Assembly (NCBI GenBank): GCA_963781585.1
Contig: CAWAGQ010000010.1
Span: forward strand, 128,001 to 192,000
Source of the DNA: an uncultured Gemmatimonadaceae bacterium
GTDB lineage: Bacteria > Gemmatimonadota > Gemmatimonadetes > Gemmatimonadales > Gemmatimonadaceae
Direction: 5' to 3'
Length of the DNA stretch: 64,000 nt
Below, in pieces: positions 10,577 through 20,167 of this stretch. Below the pieces are notes generated by a model. That model made no database searches and was not told where the DNA came from. It worked only from the letters and a program-made list of their open reading frames with translations. Position numbers and translations under genes: made by a program. Each line of letters begins with the position of its first letter. Position 1 is the stretch's first letter.

Positions 10577-11557
10577 TCAGCTCTTGCGGGTGCCCAGTTC
10601 CTGGAAGGCGCCGAGGGAGATCCCGGCCAGGTCGAACTCGAGACGCGCCACGATCTGTGGCTCGCCGGGCGCGGCGAGGATTCCTCGAATGGCATCGCGA
10701 AGAGGGGATTGCTCCAGCGGCGCGGGGAAGAAGGTCGTGGCAAGCCCCTGAACGGACGCATGGAGCAGGAACCGCTGCAAGGCCTGCCCGGCCACCAGCC
10801 AATCCAGCGGCAAATCACCTGATGTTCCAACGATCGCCAGAACGGGCGCGGTGGCCAGAGGATCCCGGAGCGCGTCGGGCCGCTGCCGACAGTCCGCGAC
10901 GTCGGTGCGAACCGTGGCGCCAAGGCCTCCGAGGAGGTCGCCCAGCGACAACCCGTGAACGCGCGCGGCGCGTTGGGTGTCGGCGCCCGGGGGACCGTGC
11001 TGCCCGTCGCCGTTCGCGCCGTTCAGGAGACTGCAGAGCGCCTCTCGGCGGGCGTCGTCAACCACGCACTCCACCCACGCCCCTTCAGAGCGCACAGCGT
11101 GACGGAGAAGGGCGAGCAGTGCAGGCGAGACGACCCCGCGCCCTCGTCCAAGGCCGCGGAGAAGAAGGCGACCGCGCAGGATCGCGAAGAGCGCCTCGTC
11201 TTCTGCCGACCGGGTCGATGTCCGACCGGGCCGCACGGCTGCGACAAGCGTCCCGTCTTCCGGATCGGGCAGGAGCTGAATCGCCGCGCGCAATCCGTAA
11301 TGACTGAGTGCCAGTCGAACGTTCTGGAGCGCCGCTCCGCATGCGACGAGCACCTCCGAGTCTGCGCGCCCCACCCGATCAACCGGCTCCTGAAGCCGGA
11401 GAGCCAGCCCGGATCGCTCGACCTCGAATCGCCACGGCTGTCGCCAGCACGCGGGAAGTGATCCAAAGGCCACGACACTGCCCAGCGATGGCTGGCTGCC
11501 TGCTCCACCTCCGACGGAGGTTCCGGGACCGAACGGCGTTCGCACAGAGTCGATCAT
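10577..11557 (-). CDS. Acg-family nitroreductase-like protein (divergent)
   Basis: QPWRF, ACGAALQNVRLA, DWLVAGQALQRFLL, PQIVARL; start approximate. Confidence 0.7.
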   Translation of the reverse strand: MIDSVRTPFGPGTSVGGGAGSQPSLGSVVAFGSLPACWRQPWRFEVERSGLALRLQEPVDRVGRADSEVLVACGAALQNVRLALSHYGLRAAIQLLPDPEDGTLVAAVRPGRTSTRSAEDEALFAILRGRLLLRGLGRGRGVVSPALLALLRHAVRSEGAWVECVVDDARREALCSLLNGANGDGQHGPPGADTQRAARVHGLSLGDLLGGLGATVRTDVADCRQRPDALRDPLATAPVLAIVGTSGDLPLDWLVAGQALQRFLLHASVQGLATTFFPAPLEQSPLRDAIRGILAAPGEPQIVARLEFDLAGISLGAFQELGTRKS

Positions 11558-11694
11558 GCCTGTCCTCACTTCAGCCGGTTGGGGACCGTTACTGAGCGAA
11601 ATTCGCTCGCCGTATCGACTCCGTCTGTAGGGCACCCGGTGTTGCGGTGTGGTGGTGAAGGGGGGTCACCCGGTTCGAATCCCGGACAGAGGCC

Positions 11695-11713
11695 TGTCGG
11701 GAAAACCCCTACA
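11695..11713. promoter_or_regulatory. candidate NarL/LuxR-type operator
   Basis: TGTCGGG-AAAAC-CCCTACA, a 7-5-7 inverted repeat with one mismatch, between divergent acg-like and HK genes. Confidence 0.45.
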
Positions 11714-11845
11714 CTCGGGGTGGGAATCCCTCTGGCTTCGGCACTGAGGCATGAGGGATAGGCTTACGGCGGACAGTTCCCGTGACCAACCGCGACCGGC
11801 TATCCGTCGGTTCGATCGTTTGGACCGCATGGGACATCGAGAGAC

Positions 11846-13009
11846 GTGACCGCAACGACGACGCTGGCCGTGGAAGAATCTGGCAGTCCTGCCATGAGCG
11901 GACCTGAACCTACGTCCGACGGTCGCTTCACCACAGCGAACCGTGCGGGGAACGATGGGAAGATGGGGATTCAACGCCCCGGTCCGCCGCGGTGGGTTCA
12001 GGCGTTTTTGAGGGTCCCTCTGGTCGGGAAGATCGCCGGGGCCAATGTCGTCATCGTAGTCGGCGCACTCGTGGCGGCGATGGCCAGCGAGCGCGGGACC
12101 CAGGCGGATACCCAGCTCCTGGTGATCCTGGCGTCGGCGCTCGGCGGCACGCTGATCGTCAATGTGATCCTGGTGCTCATCGCGCTGCGGCCTTTGCAGG
12201 ATTTGCACGACACGGCGTACCGGATCTGGCGAGGGGACCTGGACGCGCGGGTCCCTCGTTCGGTGCTGGCGGATTCGGAAATGCAGCGTGTGGGCAGCGC
12301 GTTGAATGCGCTGCTCGACAGCCTCTCGCAGGAACGCACGCGAATTCGGGCACTGGCGTCGCAGGTGATCCATGCCGGCGATCGCGAGCGCGCGCATATC
12401 GCGCGCGAGCTGCACGATTCCACTGCGCAGACGCTCGCTGCGCTGCTGCTCGAACTCAGCGTGCTGGCAGGGGAGAACCGGGACCCCCTGCTGGGAGCGC
12501 GACTGGAGCGGGTGCGGAGCATCGCCAGCAACGTGCTGGACGAGGTGAAGCTGCTGGCGCACACCGTGCATCCACGGGTCCTGGACGATCTCGGACTGGT
12601 TGCAGCGCTTCAGCTACTGGCGCGCGAGGCGCAGGACCGGGGCCCGGCGTCGGTGCAGGTCGAGTCGGACGGTGCAGTGGATGACATTCCGGTGGCCGTC
12701 ACATCGGTGATGTACCGGGTGGCGCAGGAAGCGATGAACAACGCGATGCGGCACGGCAGGCCGACGCAGATCGTGCTGCGCATGCACCGGCGGGACGGAA
12801 CGGCGCTGCTCGAGGTCGAGGACAACGGCGCGGGATTCAATGTGGCTGACGCCGAGCGACGGCGGCCCGGGATGGGGTTGTTCACGATGCGCGAGCGCGC
12901 GGCGCTGGTCGGGGGGGCGGTGGAAGTCACGAGCCAGAGTGGGCACGGAACCCGGGTCGCGGCCACCATTCCGTTGCCGCCGGCTCCGGCCACGGACGCC
13001 CGCGGTTGA
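11846..13009 (+). CDS. sensor histidine kinase (HAMP + HisKA_3)
   Basis: ERAHIARELHDSTAQ, QEAMNNAMRH, DNGAGF, GMGLFTMRERA; start uncertain. Confidence 0.92.
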   Translation: MTATTTLAVEESGSPAMSGPEPTSDGRFTTANRAGNDGKMGIQRPGPPRWVQAFLRVPLVGKIAGANVVIVVGALVAAMASERGTQADTQLLVILASALGGTLIVNVILVLIALRPLQDLHDTAYRIWRGDLDARVPRSVLADSEMQRVGSALNALLDSLSQERTRIRALASQVIHAGDRERAHIARELHDSTAQTLAALLLELSVLAGENRDPLLGARLERVRSIASNVLDEVKLLAHTVHPRVLDDLGLVAALQLLAREAQDRGPASVQVESDGAVDDIPVAVTSVMYRVAQEAMNNAMRHGRPTQIVLRMHRRDGTALLEVEDNGAGFNVADAERRRPGMGLFTMRERAALVGGAVEVTSQSGHGTRVAATIPLPPAPATDARG

Positions 13010-13046
13010 ACTGCATGCCTAACGAATTCGTACCATCGAGGAGACC

Positions 13047-13709
13047 ATGGCTGGCGATCTGATTCGCGTCGTGCTGGCGGACGACCACACGGTGGTGCGT
13101 GCCGGACTCAAGGCGGTCCTGGGCACGGCCAAGGACATCGACGTGGTAGGGGAGGCGAAGAACGGCGAGGAGGCTGTCGCGCTGGTGGATCGCTTTCACC
13201 CGGATGTCGTCGTCATGGATCTGTCCATGAACGGCATGGACGGGGTCGCGGCGACCAAGGCCATCGTGGCGAAGGGAGGAGAGACCCGGGTGCTGGTCCT
13301 CACGATGCACCCGGAGGAGGACTATCTCGTTCCGCTGCTCGAAGCCGGCGCCGCCGGATATCTGGTGAAGAGCGCGGCCGACCGCGAACTGGTGGATGCG
13401 GTGCGCGCGGTAGCCAAGGGCGACGTCTACGTGCGGCCGACCGCGGCGCGTGTGCTGGCCAAGGGTCTCACCCGGAAAGATCCGCAGCAGGCCGACCGGG
13501 AGCGCTTCGAGAAGCTGACCGAACGGGAGCGGGACGTGCTTCGACTCACGGCGCAGGGATACTCGGCCCCGGAGATTGGCGAGCGTCTGTTCATCAGTCC
13601 CAAGACCGTGGACACCTACAAGCAGCGAATCAACGAGAAGCTCGGGCTCTCGCATCGCGCGGACTACGTACAGTTCGCCCTCCGGCTGGGCTTGTTGACG
13701 CAGGAGTAG
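13047..13709 (+). CDS. NarL/LuxR-family response regulator
   Basis: VVLADDH, VMDLSM, LTERERDVL...ISPKTVDTY. Confidence 0.95.
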   Translation: MAGDLIRVVLADDHTVVRAGLKAVLGTAKDIDVVGEAKNGEEAVALVDRFHPDVVVMDLSMNGMDGVAATKAIVAKGGETRVLVLTMHPEEDYLVPLLEAGAAGYLVKSAADRELVDAVRAVAKGDVYVRPTAARVLAKGLTRKDPQQADRERFEKLTERERDVLRLTAQGYSAPEIGERLFISPKTVDTYKQRINEKLGLSHRADYVQFALRLGLLTQE

Positions 13710-13718
13710 CCGCGCCGC

Positions 13719-14534
13719 GTGCCGCGGCGCATCATCCCCGGCATGTTCGCGTACGACGCCGTCGCCTCACTCGGTCGGTGGGGCCGGGAGCGGGTCGAAG
13801 GGCTGGGCCGCACGGGTCGGTTTGTCGGCATGACGTTGCGTGCCGGCGGCAACCCGGGCACGTGGCTGCCGCGGGTCACGCTGCACGCCACGACGCTCGG
13901 CGTCCAGTCGCTGCCGATCGCGCTGTACATCGCGGTCTTCACCGGTATCGTGCTGTCGCTGCTGGCCAGCTACTCGTTCACCGGCGCGGTGCCGCTGTAC
14001 TTCGTCGGCACGCTGGTGGAGAAAACGGTGACACTGGAGCTCGCCCCCGTGCTCACCGGCCTCGCGCTGGCCGGGCGGGTGGGCGCGAACATCGCGGCCG
14101 AGCTGGGGACCATGCGCGTGACCGAGCAGATCGACGCCCTGGAGACTCTCGCGTATGATCCCTTCGCGTATCTTGTAGTGCCGCGCGTCATCGCGGGGAC
14201 GGTCATGTTCCCGGTGATCGTCGGCCTGGCGATGGTGGTCGGTGTTGCGGCGGGGTGGATCACCTCGACCCTGTTGCTCGACCTGACGTCGGCCGATTTC
14301 GTCAAGGGACTGCGGCTCTTCTTCTCGGAGTTCGACGTGCGCTATGGGCTCGTCAAGTCGGCCAGTTTCGGCACCGTCGTCACGTGGGTCGGGAGCATGC
14401 AGGGAATGCAGGCCCGGGGAGGGGCGGAGGGCGTCGGGCGCGCGGCGACCACGGCGGTCGTGTATTCGGCGGTCCTGATCCTGGTGCTCGACGCGTTCTG
14501 GGCCGTGGTCTGGCTGCTCGGACGGCACCAATGA
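13719..14534 (+). CDS. mlaE: MlaE-family ABC permease
   Basis: ELAPVLTGLALAGRVGANIAAELGTMRVTEQIDALE, GGAEGVGRAAT. Confidence 0.92.
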   Translation: MPRRIIPGMFAYDAVASLGRWGRERVEGLGRTGRFVGMTLRAGGNPGTWLPRVTLHATTLGVQSLPIALYIAVFTGIVLSLLASYSFTGAVPLYFVGTLVEKTVTLELAPVLTGLALAGRVGANIAAELGTMRVTEQIDALETLAYDPFAYLVVPRVIAGTVMFPVIVGLAMVVGVAAGWITSTLLLDLTSADFVKGLRLFFSEFDVRYGLVKSASFGTVVTWVGSMQGMQARGGAEGVGRAATTAVVYSAVLILVLDAFWAVVWLLGRHQ

Positions 14535-15535
14535 GCCGGCGCAACGACTTCACGGTCGGGCTGACCATTCTCGGCGGAATCGTGATCGTGGTGGCCGCGA
14601 TTCTCTGGGTGAAGGAAGTGAACCTCGGCCCCCGACCGACGCAGGTCACGGCCCGGTTCCGGGACGTCGGCAACGTTCGCATCGGGACGCCGGTGGTGGT
14701 GAGAGGTGTGCGCGCCGGCAAGGTTGAGGCGATGGAGCTGGCGCCGACCGGATTCGTGCTGGTGCGTCTTTCGGTCGGTCCCGGGGTGGTCCTCCCGCGG
14801 AACCCGGTGGTGCTGCTGAACGAGTCGAGTCTGTTCGGGGAGTGGCAGGCCACGATTACCAGCCGTGATGCGGTCGGGAATGACGAGGATGTGAATCAGC
14901 AGCTTGCCGAAGCCTCGCGCGGCGACAATGTCCTGCCCGGTGCCACCCTGCCGGATATCGCGAAGCTGACGGCCGTGGCCGGACGGATTGCGGGCGACGT
15001 CGCATCGGTGGCCGAGCGGGTGCGGGTCGCGTTCGACGAGCAGGCGGCGCGCGAACTCCGCGCGTCGATACGGAATTTTTCCGACATGTCCACACAGCTG
15101 GCGAAGACGGTTCGGGAGCAGTCCGCCAATCTGACGACGATGTCGGCCGATGTGCGCGGCGGTGTGGCGTCATTGACGAAGTCGGCGCAACTGCTGCAGG
15201 CGGTGTCGGAACGCGTCGACTCGTCCACCTCCAAGGGCGAGGTGCGGCAGATCGTGGACGATGCCGCCGAGGCGGCGCGGCAGATGCGGGACGCGAGTCG
15301 GCGGCTGCTCACCATCTCCGATCAGCTCCGGAGCTCGCAGGGTCGCCTCGAGTCGTTCCTGTCGCGAAGCGACTCGGTGGCCGAGAAGATCAACAGCGGC
15401 CACGGATCGTTAGGCATGATGGTGAACGATCCTTCCTTGTACCATCACGCCGACTCGCTGATGATCCAGTTGCAGGCGCTGCTCGAGGATATCCGGAAGA
15501 ATCCGCGGCGGTACGTGAACGTGCGGATCTTCTGA
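14531..15535 (+). CDS. mlaD: MlaD/MCE-domain protein
   Basis: N-terminal TM, GTPVVVRGVRAGKV, long helical region, GSLGMMVNDPSLY...NPRRYV; ATGA overlap. Confidence 0.88.
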   Translation: MSRRNDFTVGLTILGGIVIVVAAILWVKEVNLGPRPTQVTARFRDVGNVRIGTPVVVRGVRAGKVEAMELAPTGFVLVRLSVGPGVVLPRNPVVLLNESSLFGEWQATITSRDAVGNDEDVNQQLAEASRGDNVLPGATLPDIAKLTAVAGRIAGDVASVAERVRVAFDEQAARELRASIRNFSDMSTQLAKTVREQSANLTTMSADVRGGVASLTKSAQLLQAVSERVDSSTSKGEVRQIVDDAAEAARQMRDASRRLLTISDQLRSSQGRLESFLSRSDSVAEKINSGHGSLGMMVNDPSLYHHADSLMIQLQALLEDIRKNPRRYVNVRIF

Positions 15536-15537
15536 CC

Positions 15538-17460
15538 GTGTCCGGGGACCCCGAGGCGATGCCCGTGCCGACGCCCGATCGCCGCGACTTCTCGTCCCGT
15601 CGCAGTCTGCTGGTGGCGCTGGTCATCCTGGGGGCCGGCTGTGTGCTGTCGATCGTCGCCGTCACGTCGCACAAGGCGGCGGGCGCGCCGACGCTGCTGG
15701 AGCTGGCCGCTGTGGGCCTGAGTGGAGCCGGCCTGGTGGCGGCCGTCCTCGGCTTCCGCGCGGTGGGACGGGAAGCCCGAACCCGGGCCGCGATCGACCA
15801 GGAGCGCGACGCGTCCGAGCAGAAGTACGCCGGCATTCTCTCGATCGCGGCCGATGCCATCATTACGATCGACGAGGCGCAACGGGTGGTCCACTTCAAT
15901 CGTGGCGCCGAGGAGATCTTCGGCTGGCGAGAATCGGAGATGCTGGGCCAGCCGCTCGACCGGCTGATTCCCGCCAGATTCCGGTCCAGGCACCGCGGCC
16001 ACATCGGATCGTTCCGCGACGCCCGGGAAGTCGCCAGACGGATGGGGGAGCGGCAGGAGATCTTCGGCGTCCGGCGCTCGGGCGAGGAGTTTCCCGCCGA
16101 AGCGTCCATCTCGCGCCTCGAGCTTGGGGGCCGGTGTCTGTTCACCGTGGTGTTGCGCGACATCACCGAACGGAAGCGACAGCAGGACGACCAGCACTTT
16201 CTCGTCGGCGCCGGCGCCACACTCAGTGCGTCGCTGGACTACGAGTCGACCCTGCGCAGCGTGGTCCACCTCGCCATACCGTACCTCGCCGACTGCTGTA
16301 TCCTCGACGTGGGCGACGCGGCGCGGGGCCTGCGACGCGTGGCCAGCGTGCATGATGATCCGGCGATTACCAGGCATCTGCGCGCGCTCGAGACCCGCCG
16401 GGTCGCCGACCCGGCCTGGCCGCTGCCCGTGGCGACGGCTCTCGAGACGGGTGAGCCGGTCGTCCGCGACCCCCTTCCCGCGGACTGGTGGCGCACCGAC
16501 CGCGCCGACCTGGCGGCGCAAGAGGAGATTGGGTCGTTAGGCATCACCGGGATCATGACGGTGCCTTTGGTGGCGCGTAATCGAACACTCGGGACGCTCA
16601 CCCTGCTGGCGACCGGCACCGGGGGGCGCTACGGCCCGGACCAGCGCGCGCTGGTGGAGGCGCTGGTGAGACTCGGGGCGCTGGCGATCGACAATGCCTT
16701 TCTGTATCAGTCGGCGCAACGCGCCGCGGCCGCGCGCGACGAAATCCTCGCGGTGGTCTCCCACGATCTGCGCAATCCGCTGAGCGCGATCGCCATGTGC
16801 GCACGGGTACTGGTCAACGCGCCGCCCGGCGAGGCCGCCGATCAGCGGGAGCTGGTCACCGCGATCCTCGAGTCGACCGACCTGATGCATCGCCTGATCC
16901 AGGACCTGCTGGACGTCTCGATGATCGAATCGGGTCATCTCGCGATCCAGCGCCAGCCCGAGGCGCTCCCGGAACTGGTGGAGCGTGTCCTGGCCATGAT
17001 GCGGGACGCGGCGCGGGAGCGGAATGTCGTGCTGCGTACCGCCCTGGCATCGGCGCTCCCGCGCGTGAACGTGGATGCCGGACGGGTGGTGCAGGTGCTG
17101 GCGAACCTGGTTGCCAACGCGGTGAAGTTCACCGAGAGCGGCGGCGTGATCACCGTGTCGGCCGCCGTCGGAACACTGGAGGTCGTGGTGGACGTCCGCG
17201 ACACCGGTATCGGGATCCCGCCCGAGGATCTCCCGCACATCTTCGACCGGTACTGGCACGCGCGACGGTCCGCGCGGACTGCGGGGACCGGGCTGGGTCT
17301 TGCGATCTCGCGCGGGATCGTGGAAGCGCACGGCGGCCGCCTGTGGGTGGAGAGCACGGAGGGGCAGGGAAGTACATTTCATTTCAGCGTACCGGTCGTC
17401 CCGATCTCGCCGTCACGCGCGATGACGCTCGAGCCGGCACGCGACGCCACCCCATTGTAG
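15538..17460 (+). CDS. PAS-GAF sensor histidine kinase
   Basis: PAS (FNRGAEEIFGW...EEFPAEASIS), GAF, VSHDLRNPL, NLVANAVKFT, GTGLGL. Confidence 0.93.
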   Translation: MSGDPEAMPVPTPDRRDFSSRRSLLVALVILGAGCVLSIVAVTSHKAAGAPTLLELAAVGLSGAGLVAAVLGFRAVGREARTRAAIDQERDASEQKYAGILSIAADAIITIDEAQRVVHFNRGAEEIFGWRESEMLGQPLDRLIPARFRSRHRGHIGSFRDAREVARRMGERQEIFGVRRSGEEFPAEASISRLELGGRCLFTVVLRDITERKRQQDDQHFLVGAGATLSASLDYESTLRSVVHLAIPYLADCCILDVGDAARGLRRVASVHDDPAITRHLRALETRRVADPAWPLPVATALETGEPVVRDPLPADWWRTDRADLAAQEEIGSLGITGIMTVPLVARNRTLGTLTLLATGTGGRYGPDQRALVEALVRLGALAIDNAFLYQSAQRAAAARDEILAVVSHDLRNPLSAIAMCARVLVNAPPGEAADQRELVTAILESTDLMHRLIQDLLDVSMIESGHLAIQRQPEALPELVERVLAMMRDAARERNVVLRTALASALPRVNVDAGRVVQVLANLVANAVKFTESGGVITVSAAVGTLEVVVDVRDTGIGIPPEDLPHIFDRYWHARRSARTAGTGLGLAISRGIVEAHGGRLWVESTEGQGSTFHFSVPVVPISPSRAMTLEPARDATPL

Positions 17461-17478
17461 CCGAGGAGCCTCGCCCGC

Positions 17479-17934
17479 ATGTCCTCCGTCGCAATTGCCT
17501 TTCGCGACCTCGAGTTCAACGAGATCGAAGCGATGCTGCAGGCCCATCAGTTCGGCCGCCTCGCGTTCACCTTCCGTGACCGGGTCGACATCGAGCCGAT
17601 CAGCTACGTGTACGAGGATCACTGGCTGTACGGCCGCACCGAGCCCGGCACGAAACTGACGGTGCTGGCGCACCATCCGTGGGTGGCGTTCGAGATCGAC
17701 GATGTCCGCGGACCGTTCGACTGGCGGAGCGTGGTGCTGAAGGGGACGGTGTATTTCGTGGAGCGTGACGGCTCGGACGGATTGGACGAGATCTTCGAGC
17801 GCACGGTACGCGCGCTGCGCCGGCTCACGCCAGCGGCCCTGACCGACCAGGACCCGACGCCGGGGCGGTTGGTGCTGTTCCGGATGCACATCGACGAGAT
17901 GCACGGCCGCGCCGCGATGACCGCGCACGGCTGA
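17479..17934 (+). CDS. pyridoxamine 5'-phosphate oxidase-like flavin-binding protein
   Basis: FGRLAF, PISYVY, GTKL, VAFEID, WRSVVLKG. Confidence 0.85.
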   Translation: MSSVAIAFRDLEFNEIEAMLQAHQFGRLAFTFRDRVDIEPISYVYEDHWLYGRTEPGTKLTVLAHHPWVAFEIDDVRGPFDWRSVVLKGTVYFVERDGSDGLDEIFERTVRALRRLTPAALTDQDPTPGRLVLFRMHIDEMHGRAAMTAHG

Positions 17935-17958
17935 GCCTCGCCTCCCGCGCGCCGCGGG

Positions 17959-18798
17959 CTACTCGCGCGTCGCGAGATGCATCACGATTCCGCCGCCGAG
18001 CCACCGCCGCTCCTCAACGACCCGGAACGCCGCCTCGGCCAGCCCCTCCGCAAACACGGTCCCGGTGACGTGATGCGCGATGGAGCGCGCAATGTACCCG
18101 TAGGCCACCGGCTCGCGATGCCAGAGCCACCCATATACCCAGCCGGCGGCCGCCAGGTAGCGCAGAAAGAGAAACCGCCAGATCGGCGGTTCCGGGCGGT
18201 AGAAGTCGAGGGTGAACAGCAGTCCGCCGGGCCGGGCCACGCGCGCCAGCTCACCTAACGACGTCCGCCAGGACGGCGTGTTCCGCAGGGCATACCCGGC
18301 GGTGATCGCGTCCGCGGACGCGGCAGGGGCGCCGAGCCGGGCCAGGTCGCCGGCGACAAACGTCACGTTAGGCAGTGCCGCCCGTGCGCGTCGCCCCTCG
18401 GCCAGTTCCAGCATCCGCGCCGACGCATCGATGCCGGTCACCGATACGTCGGGCCGCGCGCGCGCCAGGGCAAGCGCCAGGTCCCCGGTTCCGCACCCGA
18501 CGTCGAGGCAGCGGCCACCGTCCGGAATCTCCCGCGCCGCGCGTGACACCAGCGCCCGCTTCCACCCCGCATCCATTCCGAAGGAGAACCGCCGCGTGAA
18601 GTCGTCGTAGCGCGGTGCGATCAGATCGAACATCGGCGTCACGAACGCCTGCTTGATGACCGGATCGCGCAGGTGCGCTTCGACATCCAGGTGGCGCAAT
18701 CGCGAACCGGCGTGACTCGCACCCGGCTCGGAACGGCGAGGGACCATGGGTGGTGCTGAGAGGAGTAGTACCGCGCGCCCGGCCCGCGACCCGGTCAC
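17959..18798 (-). CDS. UbiE/MenG-family methyltransferase
   Basis: MFDLIAPRYD...SFGMDAGWK, LDVGCGTGDL, GYALRN, RVARPGG; start uncertain. Confidence 0.85.
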   Translation of the reverse strand: MTGSRAGRAVLLLSAPPMVPRRSEPGASHAGSRLRHLDVEAHLRDPVIKQAFVTPMFDLIAPRYDDFTRRFSFGMDAGWKRALVSRAAREIPDGGRCLDVGCGTGDLALALARARPDVSVTGIDASARMLELAEGRRARAALPNVTFVAGDLARLGAPAASADAITAGYALRNTPSWRTSLGELARVARPGGLLFTLDFYRPEPPIWRFLFLRYLAAAGWVYGWLWHREPVAYGYIARSIAHHVTGTVFAEGLAEAAFRVVEERRWLGGGIVMHLATRE

Positions 18799-18924
18799 GT
18801 ACTGGCGAGGGAGACCGCCGGTGGGTGTAGTTTACTGTCGTTCCCGACGGACATCGTTCCCCCTTCGCTTCCGGTTCGCCGCCATGGTTCGCCACCGCAC
18901 TGTTCGGGCGCACCCGACCGTCGC

Positions 18925-20091
18925 GTGACCGCTCCGGGATTCTCCTCCGGCGCGAGTGCCCTCGACGCACTGCCGCGCGCGCAGGGCGAGCGGCCCGACC
19001 AGCGGGCCGCCGACGCCGCCCTCTGGGCGGTGGTCCTGGCCGGCGGCATCGGCTCCCGCTTCTGGCCGCTCTCTTCGCAGCATCGTCCCAAACAGCTGCT
19101 CGCCCTCGTCAGCGATCGCCCGCTCATTGCCGAAACGGTCGCACGGCTGCATCCCCTCGTGCCACCCGAGCGGGTCCTGGTGCTCACCAGTGCCGACATC
19201 GCCGACGCGATCCGCGCCGCCATTCCCGAGGTCCCGCCAACGAACATGCTGGTGGAGCCGCGCCCGGCCGGGACCGCCGCCGCATTGGCCTGGGCCGCGC
19301 GGGAACTGACCCGGCGCGCCGGGCCGCAGACGATCTTCTGCACGCTGCACGCCGACCTCGCCATTGCGTTTCCCGATGCGTTCCGCGATGTGTTGCGCGA
19401 GGCCTCACGCGCGGCCGCGCTGGACGACGTGCTCGTCACCGTTGGCGTCCCGGCGTCCCGTCCCGAGACGGGATTTGGCTACATCGTTCCGGGCGAGCCC
19501 CTGTCGAGCGACGCTCCGATCGAACGAGGAGGTGCCTGCGCGGTACGCGCCTACGTGGAGAAGCCGGGGCGGGCGCGCGCCGAAGAGCTGTTGCGCATGG
19601 GCGCCCTCTGGAACAGCGGAATCTTTGCGTGGCGCGCCCGCGTGGTCCTTGAGGCGCTGGAGCGCCACGCCCACGAGCTCGGACGCGGCCTGTCGATGCT
19701 CGACGCGCCCGAGGAGGTGCGATACCGGGAGCCGCTGCGAACCGTGTCGATCGAGCGCGGACTGCTGGAGCGCAGCGACCGCGTCGTGGTCGTGCCCGGC
19801 GACTTCGGATGGGACGACGTCGGCACCTGGGCCTCGCTCCGACGGGCGCGGGAGCTGGACGACACGGGAAACGGCGCGTACGGACTGGTTCACTTCGCCG
19901 ACGCATCGGGAAACGTCGTGCACTCGGAAAGTGGCAAGGTGGTGCTGTATGGCGTGAACGGGCTGCTGGTGGTATCGCTGCCCGGACTCACCTTCGTCAC
20001 CACGCTCGATCGCGCCGCGGATCTGCGGCCGCTCCTGGATTCCCTTCCGCCGTCGATGCGCGCGGGGCGCACGCCCCCGGCTGGACCGTGA
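18925..20091 (+). CDS. mannose-1-phosphate guanylyltransferase family
   Basis: VVLAGGIGSRFWPLS..PKQ, PETGFGYI, EKP, WNSGIF, WDDVGTW. Confidence 0.88.
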   Translation: MTAPGFSSGASALDALPRAQGERPDQRAADAALWAVVLAGGIGSRFWPLSSQHRPKQLLALVSDRPLIAETVARLHPLVPPERVLVLTSADIADAIRAAIPEVPPTNMLVEPRPAGTAAALAWAARELTRRAGPQTIFCTLHADLAIAFPDAFRDVLREASRAAALDDVLVTVGVPASRPETGFGYIVPGEPLSSDAPIERGGACAVRAYVEKPGRARAEELLRMGALWNSGIFAWRARVVLEALERHAHELGRGLSMLDAPEEVRYREPLRTVSIERGLLERSDRVVVVPGDFGWDDVGTWASLRRARELDDTGNGAYGLVHFADASGNVVHSESGKVVLYGVNGLLVVSLPGLTFVTTLDRAADLRPLLDSLPPSMRAGRTPPAGP

Positions 20092-20167
20092 TCGCGTCGC
20101 GCGCTCCCGCCCGGGATCGCGTGGCGATCCTGAAACGGGGGGGCGCGTGCGCCGTATTGATCGCAAC

